A stretch of DNA of 64,000 bases from the human T2T-CHM13v2.0 reference genome, Homo sapiens, in assembly GCF_009914755.1 (NCBI RefSeq), contig NC_060933.1. The stretch is one strand, 5' to 3'. The notes under the pieces were generated by a model. That model was not told where the DNA came from. It did no database searches and was given only the letters and a program-made list of their open reading frames with translations. The position numbers and the translations under genes were made by a program. Of the stretch, positions 27,727-46,079 are shown piece by piece (the first letter of the stretch is position 1; each line of letters opens with the position of its first letter).

Positions 27727-28178
27727 AAAAATTGACTTTCTATATCGCCCCCCACCCCTACATCACCAACTGCTCAGTCATCCATTTACTTTGGCACATA
27801 CGGTCTTGATTAAAGGGAAGAGGGAAGAAAATATTTACTGAGTACTTCTTAAGTGTCAGGACCTATTTGGTACTTTTTTATCTAATTTAAATAGGATTAG
27901 GCACCAAGTAAAATGCCTGGCCCATGGTAGGTGCTCACTAAATGGTAGTTTTTATGGTTATTATTACAGTAAATTCTCACAATAATCCTATAGAGTACAT
28001 AGGCATCATCTCCCTTTTCAGGTTCAGAGAGGTTTAGTAAAAAGCATAGCTAGGAATAGTAGATCAGGAATTCAAGCACCAATTCAAGATACAAACTGCT
28101 CTTGGACCTATGGGCGGGAGTGTCGGGGCAGGAATCCACACCCTGAGAAGTAAATCTGTTTTGACACTCAAAGCTTAC

Positions 28179-28422
28179 TTGGTCAAGTGTTGTCTGAGAA
28201 ACAGAGTAGTCTTCTATGTGGAGTCGCTTTTTGCTCTGGGAGAGGATGCTGAATATCCTGGCCAGAGAAGATAATGAAGATGGAAGCTGGTATTGTAGCA
28301 TGTTCCGGTGTTTCTCTTTTAGAACACTTCCAGGAAATGCAAGTCCAAAGAAATCCTGGACAGGCTTCAGGTCCGGGTTGGACCCTGCTATTCGTACAAC
28401 TATTGTATAACCATCTCCAAAC
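28179..28422 (-). CDS. ABCA1: ABCA1 exon 49 (244 nt)
   Basis: [21 protein letters not shown]...[13 protein letters not shown]; AG/GT ends. Confidence 0.97.
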
Positions 28423-29079
28423 CTGAAAGCAGGAAAAAATACCCAAATGGAGGATCTCCAGAAAACTATTTAAAAGAATACTGAACCCTGGGAACCCAAC
28501 TTGTGCCATGAAAAAGGGCGGCCCCTGGCAGGCCCAGAAATAAGTTTCTGAGAGAAGGAACCAGTTATCATTTACTAAATACTTATTTTATGTGAAGCAC
28601 CATGCCATGTGCTGTAAATACATGATCTCCTTTAATCCTCACCTGGACCCATGAAGTCTGACAGATGTTACAGAGAAACTGAGGCCCAGGGAGTTAGTCA
28701 CTTGCCCATGGCTCAGAGCTCATAATTGGTAGGGCCAGGATGCAAACCCATATGTGTTTGACTCCAAAGCTTGCGCTCTCACCAGTACTGGCACATGTAA
28801 ATTTTTTTCATTTCATCTATAGCACAAAGCTAGGAGGTAGATCTTCCAGGGAAACTAACTCTTACAGTAGTTAAGTAACTTGCCCAAGAGTCACAGAACC
28901 AGTAAATGGTAAAGACAGAATTTGAATGCAGTTCGGACTTCAAAGCCCTCATTCTTTCCACTATACTGTTTTGCTCAGTTTTATTTCCCTTTATTTTAGA
29001 GGCACCATTTATATACTCACAAAAGAATAAATATCAAGCCTTCTCACTAGGCACTATCCCAAAGAAATTATCTTTATTA

Positions 29080-29196
<117 letters not shown>

Positions 29197-29615
29197 TTAG
29201 TTTTAGAGAGATTCTCTGTAACCATGAGAACATCACCATGACTTCCAGCATTCCAGCTTCCTAGGGAATTGTATTCTGTTACAAGTACATGTGGATATAG
29301 GGATGATGCTGTTCAGTGTAGTGGTGTTTACAATTGTGAACAAGTTGGAAATAATCCAAATGTCTACAAAAGGGGGAATAGTTAAATAAGAGTATATCCT
29401 AATGGAATACTATCCAGCTATAAGAAATGACACCTAAATGCACTGACTTGGAATAATGTTTACAATATATTAAGTGAAAAAGAGCAGTATTTATACTGGG
29501 CTTGCATTTTTGTAAGAATATGCATATATAATTTCAGGTAATAATTGTTTTACTCTTTGCTTTTCTGTATTTTCTAATTTTTACAAAATGATCGCATATT
29601 CTACTTGGAAAGTTA

Positions 29616-29765
<150 letters not shown>

Positions 29766-30651
29766 TTAGAATAAAATAAGTCTTATTTGCTGGGGGGAAA
29801 AAAAATCAAAGATAAATTTGTTTTTAAATGCAGAAGCATCTTTGAAACAGCTTAAATTTTAACTTGCCATTCTAGTTATTTCTTGATGAATCAAAGAATT
29901 AGAGTAACTTTCAAATTCATTTGTAAACAAGGTCATTATTATAAATGTCTTATTGATGCAGGAAACTCAAATATTCTGAGTACTTTTTTATGTAATTAAA
30001 TTTCTCCAAATAAATAGGGAAGGAAAAAGGCCATTTAGTTGTAATTATCTTTTCATGACTGATAAGTATATACAAAACAACTTTTTGTCTGAAACCTCTA
30101 TTGAAGTCAGTATAAGATTGGGGTGAAATTCCTTTTTTTTTTTAATTCCAGCTCACTCAGATTACCCTAGTATATTGCAACTGTTAGCCTTACAGAAACA
30201 AATTCCAGACCGAGGTGGAATACATAAAAGCCTCAAAGGCTTCTTCCCGTAATAACATCAATGCTCTTATCTACAGAAGAAAAAAGGTCAAGGGCCACTT
30301 CCCAGTCTGATCTGTTTTTCATCTATCCATGTGTAAGGAACTATGACCTAGTTGCTACCTTGGGGATTTTAAAGCTGTGTCCACACTCTTCATTTTCAGG
30401 GAATGAACACAAAGATGATTAGAAAGAATGTTCCAGAGAAAGATCAAATCACATATCCAGCCTCAATCACGCTAAGAAACAAAGTGCTTGGAGTGCCTCT
30501 ATTTGGGAGCATCTGCAGGCATGGTACAGCCACCCCAGTGTGTGCCAAGGGAGAAGCTTCCCTCTGCTTTTCCAAGGTTGCTCTGCTGTCCCTGGGGGAA
30601 GACAAGCCAATCATACAACAGCCCTGGACATATAGGACTTTTGAACAGTCA

Positions 30652-30837
<186 letters not shown>

Positions 30838-31130
30838 CTACAGTGATAAAAAGCACCTTGACTTTGGTCTGGCTTGGGAATTTTATCATGCTGTCCTACA
30901 CATACATGTATGAAAGTTCTTTCACTGAGTAGGACTAGATTCTATAATCATAACCTGACAACTGGTGAGGAGCCAAAGCAGGGAGAAGGGACTCGTGTGG
31001 TGGGAGCAGCACTCCCTCTCTGCCCACCCAGCCCTGCCCCACCACCGTTACAGGTTTCCACCCTGAAAGCAGATACAAAGAACCAGCATTTTGTGCTGCT
31101 GCATTCATGAGGAAAAACAGCCTGAAGTCA

Positions 31131-31379
<249 letters not shown>

Positions 31380-32569
31380 TTAAGCAGGTAGAGATACTCT
31401 GGTTAGACAATCTGGCCTAATGTTCCTGTAAAGTATGCTTCTCCATTACAAAGATACCAATACATCTGCTGCTACTTGAAAGCACAGCCTTTCTGCCCCC
31501 AGGATGCTAGCTCTTCCTGGCAGGCAGGGTTCCTGCCTCTACCCTCCCCAGTCCTTGCACCTCCCTGGCTCTCTGAACACTTCAGTCTGCAGGTGCAGTC
31601 CCATTTCAGAATTTCTGAGGTCATGCCAACCACTGCACATTCTTTACCAACAATCTCAGTCACACTACCCCAGGGCTTTAATGCTAAGGCCCCATCCTAG
31701 ACTTCACTCATATGCACCATTCACATGCACCAAATGAGAAGGCCCAGAAATTTTGAGTGTGAGCAACACAGAACCTAGAGACACAATTTATGTGGTGGTG
31801 GGGTGGCTTTGGGGTTCTATGAAGCCAGTCAAGTGAAGAATCACATGTGAGAGAAGTTCAGTGTTCACGTTCCAGACTGATGACTGCACCTCAGCCACAG
31901 CGGCATTGCCATGAACTTGGCCTTCTGGCAGCATTCATTCCTCTCTGTGTATCTAATTAGCACCCCCAGGGTCAGCCTTTTTCAGAATTAGGATTGAGGC
32001 ACACGTGGACACCGTGCCAGGCCCTCACAGCTATACCAACCAAATCAGTTCTTACAACCAGTCCCTGTGACAAACCTTACTATGGGCTGGTTATTACTGC
32101 CACTGCTATATGCGTCAGGAGCTTGGTACTAGGAGCAAGCCTAGGAAAGCAGTTGTGCAGCGCTAGGCCTGCTATTCCCAGAATGTCTGTTCTCTTAGGA
32201 TTCCTTTACATTGCTACTGCAAAAATGTAAGAGACAGGAGAGGAGATCATGAATACATTAATTTCCTTGCTCTTTTCAATTTTATTGGCTATCCCCCTGT
32301 CCAGTGTGTTCAAATTGTGAGTCATTGTTCATTAGTGGTTTGGGAAATAAATTTAGTGGGTCATGACCAGCACTTTTTTAATGACGCAGTATAAGGTAGA
32401 ATAAGAAATAGCAGAGTGCACTACAATTAGTAACAGTAGGTACTGCTTTATGAAACTTTAGGTTATACATGTGTCTACATGTCTGTGTGTACATACTAGG
32501 TTGAGATATAAAATGTATTTCCCACAACGGTCATGGTCAAAAAACTCTGAAAGCCACTGCCTTGTACTA

Positions 32570-32891
<322 letters not shown>

Positions 32892-33704
32892 GCCCAGAGA
32901 AGCCCCACATATTTAAAGTACTTAGAGTAACATTATCTAAGAAGCCTATAAAATGTAGCTGTATTCCCAAAGATCAGATTGCTTTGTGACCTGTGCAGTC
33001 TCAGAAAATGGCCTAACGGTGGCTCAGTCAATTTGTATGCTCTTTAGAGAGGGCAATTTACTTTGTAGGAATTGTTCCTGAGGAAATAATAAAAGATGTA
33101 TACAGGGACATATTTACATAGTGAAAAATGGAAACTAATGTGTCCAACATTTATAAGGAATTTATTAAATAAATTATAGGTACATGTACATAGGGGGATT
33201 TTATGTAGCAATGTAAAATTCCACATCTTAGGAAATGTAACCCACTGGGAAATATTCATAATACACTCATTAACAATAAAAACTAATTTTAAATTCTACA
33301 TACAGTATGATCTCAATTGTATGGCACATTTATATGTGTATATAAGACAGATGTGGGGTGATGGAAAAGTTCTAAAACTGGATTGTGGTGATGGTTGCAA
33401 AACTCTCAATTTACCAAAAATCACTAAATTATACTCTTAAAAAACAAGCAAATTATATTGTATGTAAATTATACCTGAATAAAGCTGTTAAAAGAAGAGA
33501 ATGAGACTGAAAGGAAATGTAAATTGTGATTATCTCTAGATATTGAAATCATGGATGATTTTATGTGCTTCTTTACCCTTTACTATATTTCAACATTTTT
33601 ATGAACTCTAAAAATACCACTGTAATCAAAAATAACAACCTATTTCTTTAAATAAATTAAAAACAAAGTCTTTGCAGCAAAATACAAGCCACTTCTTTTC
33701 TCAC

Positions 33705-33811
33705 CTATTTTTGTTAAGGAAAGCATCTCCTCTGGTAACAGTGGTATCTCCTGTTAACATCTTGAAAGTTGATGATTTTCCAGCCCCATTAACTCCCAGG
33801 AGCCCAAAGCA
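33705..33811 (-). CDS. ABCA1: ABCA1 exon 44 (107 nt), NBD2 Walker A
   Basis: [35 protein letters not shown]. Confidence 0.96.
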
Positions 33812-34218
33812 CTGAAAAGGAAAGATTAAGTTGTATAAGCAAACTCTAAAAACATGAATATAAATGCCCCTAACACGTAACTACCTCAAACCTTCAATTC
33901 TTAAATATCAGAGAAGAATCAAATATTTTCTTGGTTTTAACACATCGTATAGATATTTAAATATGTATTTCATAATGGGACCATTTTAAGTGTGGCTGTA
34001 TTTATAAATATTATTTGAGTTGTCAAGTTGAGGCCAAAGTTAATGTGTGAAAAACAGTAATGAAAGCCAGCTAGCCAAATTGCACCACCTACTCTGGCAA
34101 AAGGGCATAAAAGAACACAAACGGAAACCAGAAAGGAGAAAATCTATTTTTAAAAAACTATTTGAATGTCATCACCATCCCAAATGGATCACAAAAGCAT
34201 GTTTTAGATGTGCGTGCT

Positions 34219-34506
34219 TTTTCTGTTTTTGTTGTTGACATGAGTCTCACTCTGTCACCAGGCTGGAGTGCAGCAGCGCAATCTGGGCAACCTCCCCCTC
34301 CTAGGTTCAAGCAATTCTCCTGCCTCAGCCTCCCGAGTAGCTGGGACTACAGGAATGCACTACTATGCCCAGCTAATTTTTGTATTTATAGTAGAGATGG
34401 GGTTTCACCATGTTGGCCAGGATGGTCTCAATCTCCTGACCTCGTGATCCGCCCACCTCGGCCTCCCAAAGTGCTGGGATTACAGGAGTGAATCACTGCG
34501 CCCAGC
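34219..34506 (-). mobile_element. AluS in ABCA1 intron 43
   Basis: Reverse Alu, flanking tgcttttt. Confidence 0.93.
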
Positions 34507-34682
34507 CCCATGCTTTTTCTTAAATTGTATTGGATTCTCTGAAATCATTCTCTTGACATACAGGGTCCCTCTCTTCTCGATGACTAATTGCTCCATCCTG
34601 GCATAAATACAGAAGCCTTTAAAATCCACTTTTACCTCTTAACGAGCATCGTTGCTTGATTGGGTAGAGATAGTCTGAACTA

Positions 34683-34805
<123 letters not shown>

Positions 34806-35547
34806 TCATAAGCCTCAGTGACTCACAGCTCTCCCAAGCAACTGTGGAAGGCAGGACTATAAACCACATACACTGCAACATAAGACTTGTCAATAACCCT
34901 AAGCCATAGGCATATTTGATGTGCCAAGAGCCTTGGTCTGCGTTTGTGGCGACTGGCTTCTGAATGATTCTGAAGCTCAAAATAAAAGTGAACTTACTTT
35001 TTAACCTGTCTTTTTAGAACCGTATCATTCATTATCATCTACATAATTTTTCATCTATTCAACATATATATGTATTGCAGGTATTTTAAAAATTAAATTC
35101 CACAGAGTAGAAATTTGTAATAAAAATATTGCAAATACTGTACAGATTCCAAAAAAGTAAAATTTGGAGATGCTGGCATCTAGAGGGCTGATATAGACCC
35201 TCTTGAACACAGGCAATATATCAGCTTTTTGGACTATGAAACTCAAACTCAAAATCAACCATTTATTCTCTCTACCTCAGTTTTGACTAGATATACAATA
35301 TTAGTATGTTTTAATAACTAACACATAAATGTAAGCATATAAAACCAATGTATTCGAGAATGGGAATTCATATCACAAAAGAATTCTCAGTAAGAATTCT
35401 TTAAGAAGTCTCCATGGTGTTTTTAAAATAAAATTGACAGAACCTTGGTATAGATGTACATTTTGGGAACACATGCCCTTTTATTAAGCAAGTCAGCAAA
35501 CTGCTGGGTTACAGCACATAAAGCTGAAAAAAACTGAAGATGAGCTA

Positions 35548-35745
<198 letters not shown>

Positions 35746-35952
35746 TCAGTCTCTAACGTAGTATTATAAAACCTACTTGCCACAGTCTCCAGGATGGGCA
35801 GGGAGGGGGCTGCGGGATGCCCACATCAGGAAAATCAGTTTTATCACATATTTTGAGTTCAGTTCAATGCAACCCCCATTGGTGAGTGTTTCCCTGTGCG
35901 CCTCCTCTGTGACCCTCAACCAGGTGCTCCACGGGTTCTAAGAAAAAGCTCA

Positions 35953-36123
<171 letters not shown>

Positions 36124-37164
36124 TCAAAAACCATGGCCCTTCCTCAAATTTGGGCCTATGTTCCTTAAAATTCACCGATCTTCCAATAAACACAAATGGC
36201 TATCACCCATGACAAGGAAAAAAGAGTAACAAGAGAGTGATCACTTTCCAAGTCTGATTTGGGAAAACTTTTTATGACCCAGTATCAATCAGAATTTCAG
36301 AGCCAATGTGTATTCGATTTGTAACTTCACTGAAGATATCTAGTATTTCTTTTTTTAATGAGACATGCCAAAAATCCTTTTAAAAAGGCAAACGACCCAA
36401 GTAATTTTCACAGTCAGTATTTTTAATAAATTCTAAGTTTTAGTAATAATAAATATCAGAAAGCACTTTAAGCAGATTCCCCTTTCAGTAGCATATATCC
36501 TAGTGAATCAATTAAACCACTAGATTCAATTAAATCTAGTTCCATGTAACCATTCCTTAAATTCCTTACATATCTCCTTTGTAGCCCAAGTTGCAAAAAG
36601 CCCCTCTTCTATGAACAGTAAATAACATGGCCCATTTGACTATATTATCTAATGGATGAATAATAATCATATGGCTACCGGAGAAATATTTTTAACCATT
36701 CTAAAGGTAGAAAAAGATGTAATACATTATAATTTTATAGACTGTGTAAAAGATAATAAATGACCTCATCTGCAGGCACATGATTCGCCTAAAAGAGCCA
36801 AAGTTTGCATCTTTCCTTCTGATTCCCTGATCACCTAATTCTCAAAGTTATGGTTTGACTTTTCCAGTGCTTCTAACCAACCCAGACAGTGGCATGAGCC
36901 AGTGGATCCAAGCAAATAACACTATTTTCCTTACCTTCAAAACTGCCCTTTCACTTTTCTCAATGCTATCAGAGACACAGACAAATGGTTGTGTCACAAA
37001 ACCCATGCCACAACCAGCTGTGTTGGCATGAGCCCTGTCACTGGGCATGGGGGTGGGGGAACATCCTGTGCTTAGTCACCTGCTTCTTTCCAAAACAAAG
37101 TTCAGGGTACCAAGGCCTATGCAGAGTGCCATCTCCATTAAAGCATCCTACAGCCACTGCTTCA

Positions 37165-37293
<129 letters not shown>

Positions 37294-38805
37294 CTAAAAA
37301 AAAAAAAAAAAAAAAATGGGAGGGAAGGGAGGGTGAGGGAGAAGAAACGGGTGTCATTCATGGTTTATCCTAAAAATGTATCAAGTTCTGAAATATGGGA
37401 GTGAAGAAAAAATTTGATTCTCTAGGGACAAACCAGACCTTTTAATTCAGATACCAATTAAATAGCAGCAGGCATAGCTGATGATATGTAGCAATAAAAT
37501 TCTATTCTTTAGAAAATCTGGAGAAATGCTCTGAGTATGGAGAAATAATGAATAAAGCTTAGAAACAGGCTAGATTTAATTAAAGCAAATCCATTAAAAA
37601 TCCCTTAGCATTTGAAAAGCAAATTGCTCATGTCTGGGTCAATATTTGAGTTTCAGGATTTTGTCAGAATTTTAGAAATTCTTCTCAAATACATCAGAAC
37701 TTATGATCCCACAAGGCAACAGTGGCCAAATATCTACCAACTGAATAAGGGGCTATACGCTGGATGCACTGTGCTAGGGCATGGGAGAGGCAAAATTATT
37801 AAGAAACAGACTCCACTCCGAGTAGGAAAAGTATGTAAACAGGAAATTACCATGTAAGTGGATGTACGTTGTACTGGAGGCATGGACTAAGGACTCTGAG
37901 AGCACAGAGAAAAGAGAGAACACCTCCCAGCAGGTAAGGAAAGCTTCACATTTTAGCTAAATCTTGAAGGGCAAGGGATATACTACCAGACCCTGTGACA
38001 GAAGAAGGGCATTTCAAGCCAGGCCTACAGGAGCATGGTGGTTGGAGGCAACTCATCTGAAGCTTACAGCTGGGAAAGGGTGTGGTGGGTATGGACAGGA
38101 AGAGTTGTGCAACTGTAAAAGGCCTTGTGTGCTGTGTTTGGACAAAGGCAATGACAACCGGAATGGAGAGGAAGCCTTATTTTAGAGGTCCATACCTGGA
38201 AGAACTGACAACATAACCAGTTGAATGTGGGAAATCTGCAACAGCAAAGCAAGCATCTAGGATAACTCTAAGAGCCAGCTTGGGCAACCGAGTGGATGGT
38301 AGTGCCACTGAGTGTGACAGGGATGGCAAGAAAAGCATTAAGTTCCAAGGGGAAAGAAAACTAGGACATGTCCAGGTTGGGGTATCTATATACTATCTAA
38401 ATGGAGCAATCCACTAGGCAAGTGAGAATTTGAGATTAGAGTTCAAGGTTATGATCAAGGCTAAAGGCATTGATCTTAGAGATGACAATAAAAACACCAA
38501 GAGAGGTGATGGTAAAAGCCTTAGGACTGAATGGCGTCGCCCAGCTCTCATGTGTAAAGTGGAAGGCAGAGGAGCTACTCTTGGTAAGAGCAACATTGAA
38601 AAAAGAAAGAAGTAAAAAAAACTGTCAAAAGAAACTGAAAGGCTTGACCAGCAAAATGTAAGGCACAGCAAGAAAGAAAGGTGCTTTGCCTTCTCAGGGA
38701 AGACAGACTCTGAAGACAGGACAAGGCAGTCAGCAGTGTCAATACCACTGACAAGTGGAATAAGATCACAATTAAACACTGTCCTCTGGCTCCCAGAGAT
38801 GCTCA

Positions 38806-39009
<204 letters not shown>

Positions 39010-39093
39010 CTACTGAGAGTCCCTGCCCTCCTTCTGACACTGGGCACCAAATGCCTTATCCACTGTGCAGCTCCCTCACTCAGAGGTGACTTA

Positions 39094-39210
<117 letters not shown>

Positions 39211-39769
39211 CTAAAAGTGAAAACAAAGACATCCAGTTCACCCCTAAATCAAATATACAATGCATCACACAAGTTTTCACCATTATCAGACAAGAAAGGG
39301 CAGATAAACATATTGGAGAGTAACTCTGAATTAATGAAGCCACATAAACTATTAATCAAAATACCCGACAATACATTTTGACAAGCATTTTCCCCTTGGC
39401 TGATTTTATAAACTACATGCCCTTTCTGTCTTTCCAACAGTCAAGCCAAGGTGTCACACTCAGTAAACTTACTGAACGATGGATTCCCAGTCAGAGTAAT
39501 TTTAATTTCACAGGCAGCAAATAAGCCTCTATTCTTCTTCCCGAAGATGACTGTGTCTGTTTCATCATTAATGCTATATTATAGTCTGCCCAAGTTCAAT
39601 CTCACATGTAATCTATTTATGAGGTAACTGCTCATAACATGAATGTCAGAATTGTTTCATCGCACTGAGAATAATTTTAAAGTCTGTCCTGACAGTGTAT
39701 CAAGCAGTAAAATGCAGAAATAAAGACTTGACGATAGGACAATTATGAGAATTCACAGCTGGCAGAGCA

Positions 39770-40900
39770 AAGCACCAGCAGGGAAGTGATAGTGGGGCTT
39801 GTCAGCCGCTAGAAGAACTGCAGCTTCAGACTACAGGGCTCTGCCTCAGTCCAATCCTACTTGATGTGTTTATCAACAACTTAGATGAAGACATGCTTCT
39901 AGCAAATTTCAGGAGCTCTAAAGCAGGGAGGGACAGATAATACCCAGGAAGACAAGAGATGGGTTCAGGGACTTGACCTTTCATCTCTGAATCACCTATG
40001 CCTGGCATAAGTCAGACACACAGCACTCAGTCTGTGTTTACTGAAAGGAGTAATTACTGAATCAAGATAAAACAAAAATAAAACCCATGTAATTTAATAT
40101 GGATAAATATAAAGTTTAGTTTCAAAAAAATCAAATGAATTTGTATAGAATGAAGGAGACCCGAATTTCACAATCATTTGTGTGAAATGGAGGTTTTGGT
40201 TTACCACTAAGTTGCCAGTAAGACGGTGCTCCTTCCAAAATGCAAAATCTTTGTGCTGCAGTAATAGAAGTGTGAGCTAAAGATCAACTCCCTCTGGACC
40301 CATAACCATTCAGACCACAGCCTGAACACAAGGTTAATTCTTGGCTTTGCTTTTGAAAACGGGACATTCACAATATACAGCATGGCCATACAAGGACAAC
40401 CGGATCAGAAGAGTGACACAGTCTAAGGGGCTTGGTATAAACAGCAAAGATCTCATCATCATCTCCACCATCATTGCTCACATTTGTACAGTGCTTCGGA
40501 GGTTACAAGGTGTATTCTCATATATCATCTTATCTGGGTAATACTCAGGTTAAATGAGAGTATGAGAGTTATTTTTAAATATCCAGGGACTTGTTCGGTG
40601 GGAGAAGAATTAGATTTGCTCTGTGTAGCTTATAATTAATAGAAGTTACAGGGAGATATATTTCAGGGAGATATTGTAAAGTAGAGTTGAAATATAATTA
40701 GAACTTCAGAATTCCTTCAAATCCCCCATATTGGTCCAAATAGAAGCAATATATTGTGGCTGGCACAAAAACATATTTGCAATGGATGGATAAGCTGCTG
40801 ATAAAATGTACAGAGTTTTCAAATGACAGATGGCTTTCCTAGTAAGGCAAAGAACATTCTGACTCTGGAGGTTAAAACCCATCAGAGAAGTTAGAGGCAT
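39770..40900 (+). mobile_element. Fragmented ancient CR1/L3-like LINE with later insertions
   Basis: Degenerate CR1-like motifs (gggctctgcctcagtcca..tttatcaacaacttagatga; aatttaatatggataaat; gaattagatttgctctgtgtagct); boundaries approximate. Confidence 0.5.
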
Positions 40901-41156
40901 TGACTTGGAGTTTTGACTTGTATCTCTCTGATTCTTGGGAAAGTTGTCACATAGGAACTTAAGTGGTAGTGGTATTAATTTTCATCATTGTGTACAGAAT
41001 TTTCCCTCTGGTGTGACATGAACTCTGGTACCCAATGCTGTGTTTGGTGTCATGAAAGTGATCACCTGCCTCTGGCTATTTCTTTTTCATACATCTTTAG
41101 AGTAGCTGGAACATTTCCTGATGATAGCCAGAGCTCTTTCTTTCTTATCCATATCA

Positions 41157-41441
<285 letters not shown>

Positions 41442-42179
41442 TCAGTGAGGACATGGACACACAGACAAACACACACGTACACACACACAGAGATATCTGA
41501 GGCACAGCCCAAGGAAAAACATCTGTTCACCAGACACATTTTATTCAGGGTTAAGATGATCATTTTTAAGTCTAAAAATATGACAATGTAAATGCCAAAC
41601 TGGTATTACTGAGGTCAAAAGAGTCCACTGTCACAATAAAACTAATGAAGGAAGTCAGAGTGGTTAATGGCATTCACTTTGGTCCACTGTTCATGACCTT
41701 GTAAGAGCAGTAAGTTGTAAATTTTCACACACAAAGGACTAGTGGGGCTTGAAAACTAAATGAGAGCAGAAATATTACTCTGTAACTACTCAAATAAATT
41801 AATATTTCTGGCTGTAAATCAACTTGAAAATAACAGTATGCAGCCTATTGATCTAACACATACAAAAATTCTGTCAGATTTTTATAAGAAGAATGGTCTC
41901 ATAAGCCCATTACATGGGGTCTTGGTATAAAGATCCTAGTGTCCTATATTAGTATCCTGTAGGAGTAAAGCAGAAACAGGAACTGCCATGCTCCACATAC
42001 AGGAAAGGTATCTAATGTGTGTGAAATATCAACTCTGTGCTGAGTGCTGGGCTTGGCAATTTACATGAACTGCCTCATTTAATATCATACATCTATAAAG
42101 TTTAGAGACCAGATTCAAACCCAGATCTGTATGACTCCAAAGGCTGCATACTTTAAACTAGCTCATCCTGGCTTTAAAC

Positions 42180-42181
<2 letters not shown>

Positions 42182-42229
<48 letters not shown>
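42182..42229 (+). repeat. (CA)24 microsatellite, ABCA1 intron 36
   Basis: Perfect dinucleotide run. Confidence 0.97.
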
Positions 42230-42230
<1 letters not shown>

Positions 42231-42610
42231 CTTAATTTAGGAATTAAAGATACAAGCTAATAAAAACATATTCCACCAAATTTAAAACAGTGGTTTTTAA
42301 ACAAATCAAACTGATTAAACACTTATAATTAAATTATAATTTAATTAACAATTTTTGAACTCACTTTATATGAATTCACTAAATGTTACGATTTTTACAT
42401 ATCAGTGTCATTTTCTCTTCTGCAGTTCAAGAAGCCCAACCAGCCAATTCGTAAACTTATCACTTCTGCCCAGAGCCTGGATCAATCCAGATTTATCATA
42501 ATATAACGGTCTCTGCAGCTGTTCCCCTACAATGAGATTCACATTTTTCTCCCCTTCTCCATAACCCTCTCCCTTGCCCCACTCCATCTATACAGACACA
42601 GCCACACTTA

Positions 42611-42886
<276 letters not shown>

Positions 42887-43224
42887 TCACATACCAAGGC
42901 AAAACACTATGATCAGAGAATATGGCGAAGTAATTACAGTGTTCAGGACATAGTGATCACTGACTATGTGGGCAGGCGCTGTGGTGAGGACCTTATACCT
43001 TTAACTCATTGAATTCTCACAACAGTTTGGAAATAGCTATGATTACTGTCTCCATTTCACAGATGAGGAAACTGAGGTTTAGATAGGTTAAGTAACTTAG
43101 TCAAGGTTACCTGGTATGTCTGGTGGCAAAGCAAATTCTCTGAATCACTACACTACACCGTACTGCCTCACTGGTAAAGTTAATAGTTTGCTCTTTTCTG
43201 TTGTGAATGCCCCTGCCAACTTTA

Positions 43225-43413
<189 letters not shown>

Positions 43414-43951
43414 TCACATAGATAAGGGGCAACAGTCAATCTGGAACCTGTGGACAACAGGACGGCCCTGTGAAGAGCAATGCCACTACCTTGTTCACTG
43501 AAATTAAATGTGAAGCCATTAAATAAACGGCTCCTGAGAACCAAGTGACTAGAAATCTACAGCAGTGATGCTGCCATGATGCCACAAGTCTAGAAGGAAT
43601 CACAGAGAAATCCTGGGATGCAAAGCCCCAAGATTTTAATGTCTGGTTATCACGGTGGGGTGAGGACTCCTCAAAGTGCTCCACCGGCATCATCTGAAGA
43701 GCCAGAACCACGCTCTGCCTGCAGATGTGCCAGATACATGGGCCCATCACTCAAAAGCAGACTTGTGGACTCTAGGACTACCACTGCTGTCCACAATCCT
43801 AGGGTCTGTTTTATCAGAGCCCCTTAATTCTCACCTAAAAATGGGAAACCTGAGACACAGAGAAATGAAGTGAGTACTTATCAGGTCCTACAGACCAGCT
43901 TGCCAGCTTAAAAAAAAAAAAAAAAAGATTCATTTCCTATTTAGTCAGTGA

Positions 43952-44684
<733 letters not shown>

Positions 44685-44836
44685 TAATTCAGTTTTGTCT
44701 GGCTCAAATCGCTAAATGCCAAAGACGGCTCTGTATGCCAACATATTCAGAACAATGAGCTGCCAGGTGATCCGTTTAACCTGCCAACTACTCCTATATC
44801 CCAGCAGCTACATGCCCATTTTTCTGATACATCTTA

Positions 44837-45073
<237 letters not shown>

Positions 45074-46079
45074 CTAAATTTTGCCTCAGAAGTTACACGT
45101 CAGCTTCCTCTAATAAATGTTGGCAATCTCTTAACTCCCATGGTTTCTGCCCAGCAGGGAGGACCTGGCCTGATTACACACACAGTTAGATAGCTGAGAC
45201 ATTGAGGAAAGAATGGTGTTTCATCTCACAGATGCTCCTCCAACCCAGTGGCTCGGGTGTGAATGTGGGTCTGGAGGCAAGCAGATGGGGAGTTGGGAGA
45301 GTGGGAACCCTGCACTGTCCAGAGTAGGCTGCGCTGGCCTTATACACAGGCTCCGGCTCCCTTCTAGCATGAGGGCTATTATAGGGGCCTGCGTCTGCTC
45401 TGCCCAGAGATCCAGGGGTCCTGGCCCTTGGGGAAAAGGCAGAGAGAAAAGACGGAAATCAGTAACAAGGAGCCTTCGGGCCCCCTGACGTAGCCACATC
45501 ACCTATCTCATTTTCCATGATGGACAAACTGGCTTCAAGAACTCTTCTGTCCCCAGTCCCACCTGTTCCTTCAAAACCCAGAAGGACAAATGGGTTGAAA
45601 TACAGTGCAAAGAGATGGTTTTGGCGCTTCTTATTTCCTCTAAGACCTTTTTAGTCCCGTGCTAAATGCCTAGAAATTGTCCTTGAGTCCTTAAGAAGCC
45701 TCGGGAATCTGGTTTGGGGGGAAAGTACAAGTAGGTATTCCCCTCACAACACTACTTACTTGAAATCCCTAGACACCTGCAGGAGATTTCTGATTCTCCT
45801 CAAGGAAATCAGTATATCAAATATTTCAGAGGCCTCTGGAGGGGCTGCTGGGCACTGAGCCATGATGCTCTAGGCAGAAACTCTATAAAGCAGGCCTAAT
45901 CTAAATCTGTCTGTGCCCCTGTGTGCTCCACATGTTCACAGGGCTTCTGTCCTCCTCACAGTGAGATGGCACCCACAAGTGTGTGAGTGACAAACAATCC
46001 CCAAGGCTTTCTTCAATCCAAGACACCTACAACACCATCCTCCCCCTGAGCTAAACGTGCCAGAAAGACAGCAACTTAC

